Source of the DNA: a virus | Lineage: Duplodnaviria; Heunggongvirae; Uroviricota; Caudoviricetes | DNA length: 28,982 bases | Reading direction: 5' to 3' (one strand) | IMG/VR virus record: IMGVR_UViG_3300044675_003084 | Coordinates: 65,378 to 94,359 of that record | Shown here: piece by piece, positions 27,501 through 28,982 of the stretch | Numbering within the stretch: the first letter of the stretch is position 1 | How the letters are laid out: each line of letters starts with the position of its first letter | Position numbers and translations under genes: made by a program | Notes under the pieces: model-generated | Database searches by the model: none | What the model saw: only the letters and a program-made list of their open reading frames with translations | Told to the model about the DNA's origin: nothing

Positions 27501-28795
27501 TCACCATCACTTTCAAATAGTGAATCTAATAAATCAGAATAATCAGATAACAATTCTGAAATAGAATCTTTTTGTTTAGTTTTCTTTTTCAATCTCTTTT
27601 CTGCCTTTTCAATTTTTTCAATTTCTTGAGTGACATCAACATCATCAAACCCAAGTGGATATGTAGTTGGTTTATTCAAACTTCTAGCGTTGTTTTTTGT
27701 TTTAATTTTAAAAGTTATTTGGTTTTCATCATCGGATGCATATATTGCATCTGCTTTTGGAAAATCAGTTTGGGTATAACCTCCCCTAACAAACCAATCA
27801 TCACTACTATTAACTCCATCATCACCACCCAATACTCTTGCTTTACCTTTTGGTAAGTATCCACCATCGGGTTGTGAATCATCACCGCCAGAGACAGTTG
27901 CTGCCTCTTTAAAAATATTTTGTTTTGGTAGAATTCTAAATGTAGCTACTTTTTTACCATTAATTGTTGGCATTCCATGTTCGTCTTTACCAATTGTCTT
28001 AACTACTGTTTTTTTATTTTTAAATTTACCCATTAAGATAGTATCACCTATTTCAACATCTAATTTAATTTCTTCGTTTACCTCATCTTCATCATCTAAC
28101 TTTTTACGCATCTTTTTGACGTCTTCAGGTTTAGGTGCACCATTAATTGTTCCGTTTGGAAGTGATAACCCTATACCCGTACCACCTGGCATTCCTTCGC
28201 TCATAGTTTTAAGTTTAAGAGTAATCAGTTTGAATATTTTTTCATCAAACTTTGGATATGCTTTTAAGAATCCAGCCTTTTGTTGTTCTTCATCACCCTT
28301 ACTTAACCAATTTCGTACATTAGTACCTGATATTGGGTTTGATTGTGATGGTGAAACATATACATAACCCCTTTCCTTATATCCTTGTTCTATCTTACCT
28401 TTATATTTTTCAAAATACTTTCCACCCAATCTCATCTCATCTTTTTCACCAACAACACTTATATAACCAGTTGTAGTTTCATCGAAGTTTTTTAAGATTT
28501 CAGTAGGTGCATAAGGATTCTTAATCTCAACTATTTTGTTTGATGGTATACCAAACATTTTAGTCATGATTATTTTCTTTTCCTTAAAATTAAATGGAGA
28601 TTGTCTATTATCGGTTTTATTAGATGTACCAATAAACACTTTATCCTTACCAAATTTCTTACAAAGATTTTGATAAGTTGCGTAGTGGCCTTTGTGAAAA
28701 GGTTGGAATCTACCTGAATATACTACAACAAAGTTGCGTAATTCGGTATCTTCTAATAAAATTTGATTGACAAGATATTGACTTAGTTCATTCAT
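24554..28795 (-). CDS. 1413-aa multidomain protein: HxGH nucleotidyltransferase, TraB/Tiki-like domain, HExxH metallopeptidase module, KxDG ligase-like nucleotidyltransferase
   Basis: GRFQPFHKGH (aa 28-37) and ISGTNVR; IIGVEH...FVGEG...PVGNSH; ILHEITH; EKTDG...NIE...VFH...EGIV...FKL. Confidence 0.75.
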   Translation of the reverse strand: MNELSQYLVNQILLEDTELRNFVVVYSGRFQPFHKGHYATYQNLCKKFGKDKVFIGTSNKTDNRQSPFNFKEKKIIMTKMFGIPSNKIVEIKNPYAPTEILKNFDETTTGYISVVGEKDEMRLGGKYFEKYKGKIEQGYKERGYVYVSPSQSNPISGTNVRNWLSKGDEEQQKAGFLKAYPKFDEKIFKLITLKLKTMSEGMPGGTGIGLSLPNGTINGAPKPEDVKKMRKKLDDEDEVNEEIKLDVEIGDTILMGKFKNKKTVVKTIGKDEHGMPTINGKKVATFRILPKQNIFKEAATVSGGDDSQPDGGYLPKGKARVLGGDDGVNSSDDWFVRGGYTQTDFPKADAIYASDDENQITFKIKTKNNARSLNKPTTYPLGFDDVDVTQEIEKIEKAEKRLKKKTKQKDSISELLSDYSDLLDSLFESDGEDDKYVHVGYGKYKEKSKKDVEGAPLFTKDDSGKYNPIEVDDKGGEAKPTGQAVQGADMFKHDKSVKQPKEEPKQEPTKSSSDTAEVANKLKNRKTKNGEELDIDVTPNGSLIIGVEHGKRKKSNKETIEQIKTLPKNTKVMFVGEGGMSKDKNGNIEFGGEQNEIRNAVKGHFDNAEESSWDENADVLDDKSPVFDEVAKSVGGSKSKAKAALWSNMYGQDGPDENMSPEDYLDDEGKEWLIDQAKKGGSSEFDGEVDWDNLTDSQQKDLYELNYRDDDGYGETEIFKAQEAYNGFRQKELDRKIKEAEDAGYTVIAPVGNSHVDMRRQRMKNNNTSETKIEEGVITEVKKESVVNYYKAICKDLNIKPIAVKFGSVGHAGAATTYDAKTFIPEYITFDLSKVTDIERAILHEITHQILLVKQQNPFHNCHKSAGFKKLENKLIDRYFYSSQSAVLRERVKVEMAKTDMDAVEKYADSQMNPTDVDLGKETDHFFQRLNDPRNGKEISPAELTGLFKRLARNKKKFLEFLKQYKEFVVKDRVSNINIAFIKVADRLIAKTVMRKADFKSSTPVFTTESLIMEGGAYGHMNHPFDTEINLTFGQLKDIVNRALDGNLEFAREKTDGQALAISWIDGRLVAARNKSHLKNKGAGALDINGVADKFAGRGELTDAYNFAMKDLSNAIKSLSQAQKDKVFKNGSCFMNIEVIYPTSVNVIPYGQPLLVFHGTMEYDENGDAIGESAEAGRVLGGMLKQVNADVQSKYTLQGPPVLKLPKSQDLSSKKGKYLTMISKLQKEFGLGDTAGVADYHQAWWENFVDKKSPTTLDNGTKMGLVKRWAFNEKGFRIDKNSIKDEKTLAWATKIDKEDHKGISKDNLMKFEDIFLGVGADVLEFTASVLTVNPDSALRDMKKRLEQTIKDVQASGDPKKIDKLKLELKRLNAIGGAKRIVPIEGIVFVYNGQTFKLTGAFASLNQLLGIFYA

Positions 28796-28816
28796 ATATG
28801 CAGTACTCTAATAGTC

Positions 28817-28824
28817 TATAAATA
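28817..28824 (-). promoter_or_regulatory. Putative late promoter TATTTATA (further copies at 22226, 20414, 9576, 8775, 8316; variant TACTTATA at 24533)
   Basis: The same octamer occurs in six intergenic regions, always on the coding strand shortly before a start codon. Confidence 0.6.
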
Positions 28825-28839
28825 TAAATGATTCAATAA

Positions 28840-28968
28840 TTAGTGATTTTTATAAACAAACGGGTCTCTCTTACGAAGTTCTTCTAACTTTTTTTTATAA
28901 AGTTCCATTTGTTTTCTTTTATTTCTTTTTTTATTAAAGAAATCTAATATTTTTTTTAATAATTTCAT
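28840..28968 (-). CDS. Small basic protein (42 aa), missing from the ORF track
   Basis: Manual translation MKLLKKILDFFNKKRNKRKQMELYKKKLEELRKRDPFVYKNH*; ELRKRDPF(I/V)Y is a C-terminal motif I recall from small T4-like phage proteins. The frame stays open to the window edge. Confidence 0.65.
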   Translation of the reverse strand: MKLLKKILDFFNKKRNKRKQMELYKKKLEELRKRDPFVYKNH

Positions 28969-28982
28969 TTTAAAGTAAATAT

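Noticed and set aside
877-28367. All plus-strand ORFs in the track (e.g. 877..1149, 12013..12321, 13310..13618, 13744..14136, 17407..17769, 27572..27856)
   Set aside because: They are antisense shadows of well-supported minus-strand genes, with skewed Leu/Ser/Phe composition and no recognisable motifs.
8316-28824. Plus-strand TATAAATA read as canonical T4 late promoters
   Set aside because: In that orientation they point away from all real genes and have no credible plus-strand ORFs downstream. Antisense transcription cannot be excluded.
1-28982. tRNA, rRNA, integrase or transposase
   Set aside because: No cloverleaf-like or rRNA-like segment and no recombinase motifs were found; the intergenic gaps are short and accounted for.

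Overview
AT-rich segment of a large T4-like (Caudoviricetes, myovirus-type) dsDNA phage genome, with all credible genes on the minus strand. In transcription order (right to left): a 42-aa ORF, a 1413-aa multidomain protein (HxGH nucleotidyltransferase, protease-like modules, KxDG ligase-like domain), a 219-aa Cys-rich protein, large terminase, portal, several putative head/core proteins, prohead protease, more putative internal head proteins, ribosomal protein bS21, scaffold and major capsid protein. A terminator follows, then an island of small genes with its own promoters, and finally neck (gp13/gp14-like), tail-completion (gp15-like) and fibre-like virion genes. This layout resembles published bS21-encoding large phages predicted to infect Bacteroidota; the host is inferred, not shown. 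Two candidate systems stand out. (1) A translational switch: abundant head/neck genes carry AGGA(G) Shine-Dalgarno motifs, while bS21, portal, terminase and the island genes have SD-less A-rich leaders. The phage bS21 appears to lack the aromatic residue used for anti-SD sequestration in Flavobacterium. (2) A set of putative capsid-packaged polyproteins with a shared 10-aa targeting-like leader, built from cassettes joined by gp21-type cleavage linkers, the largest carrying four enzyme-like domains. No tRNA, rRNA, CRISPR array or mobile element was seen.
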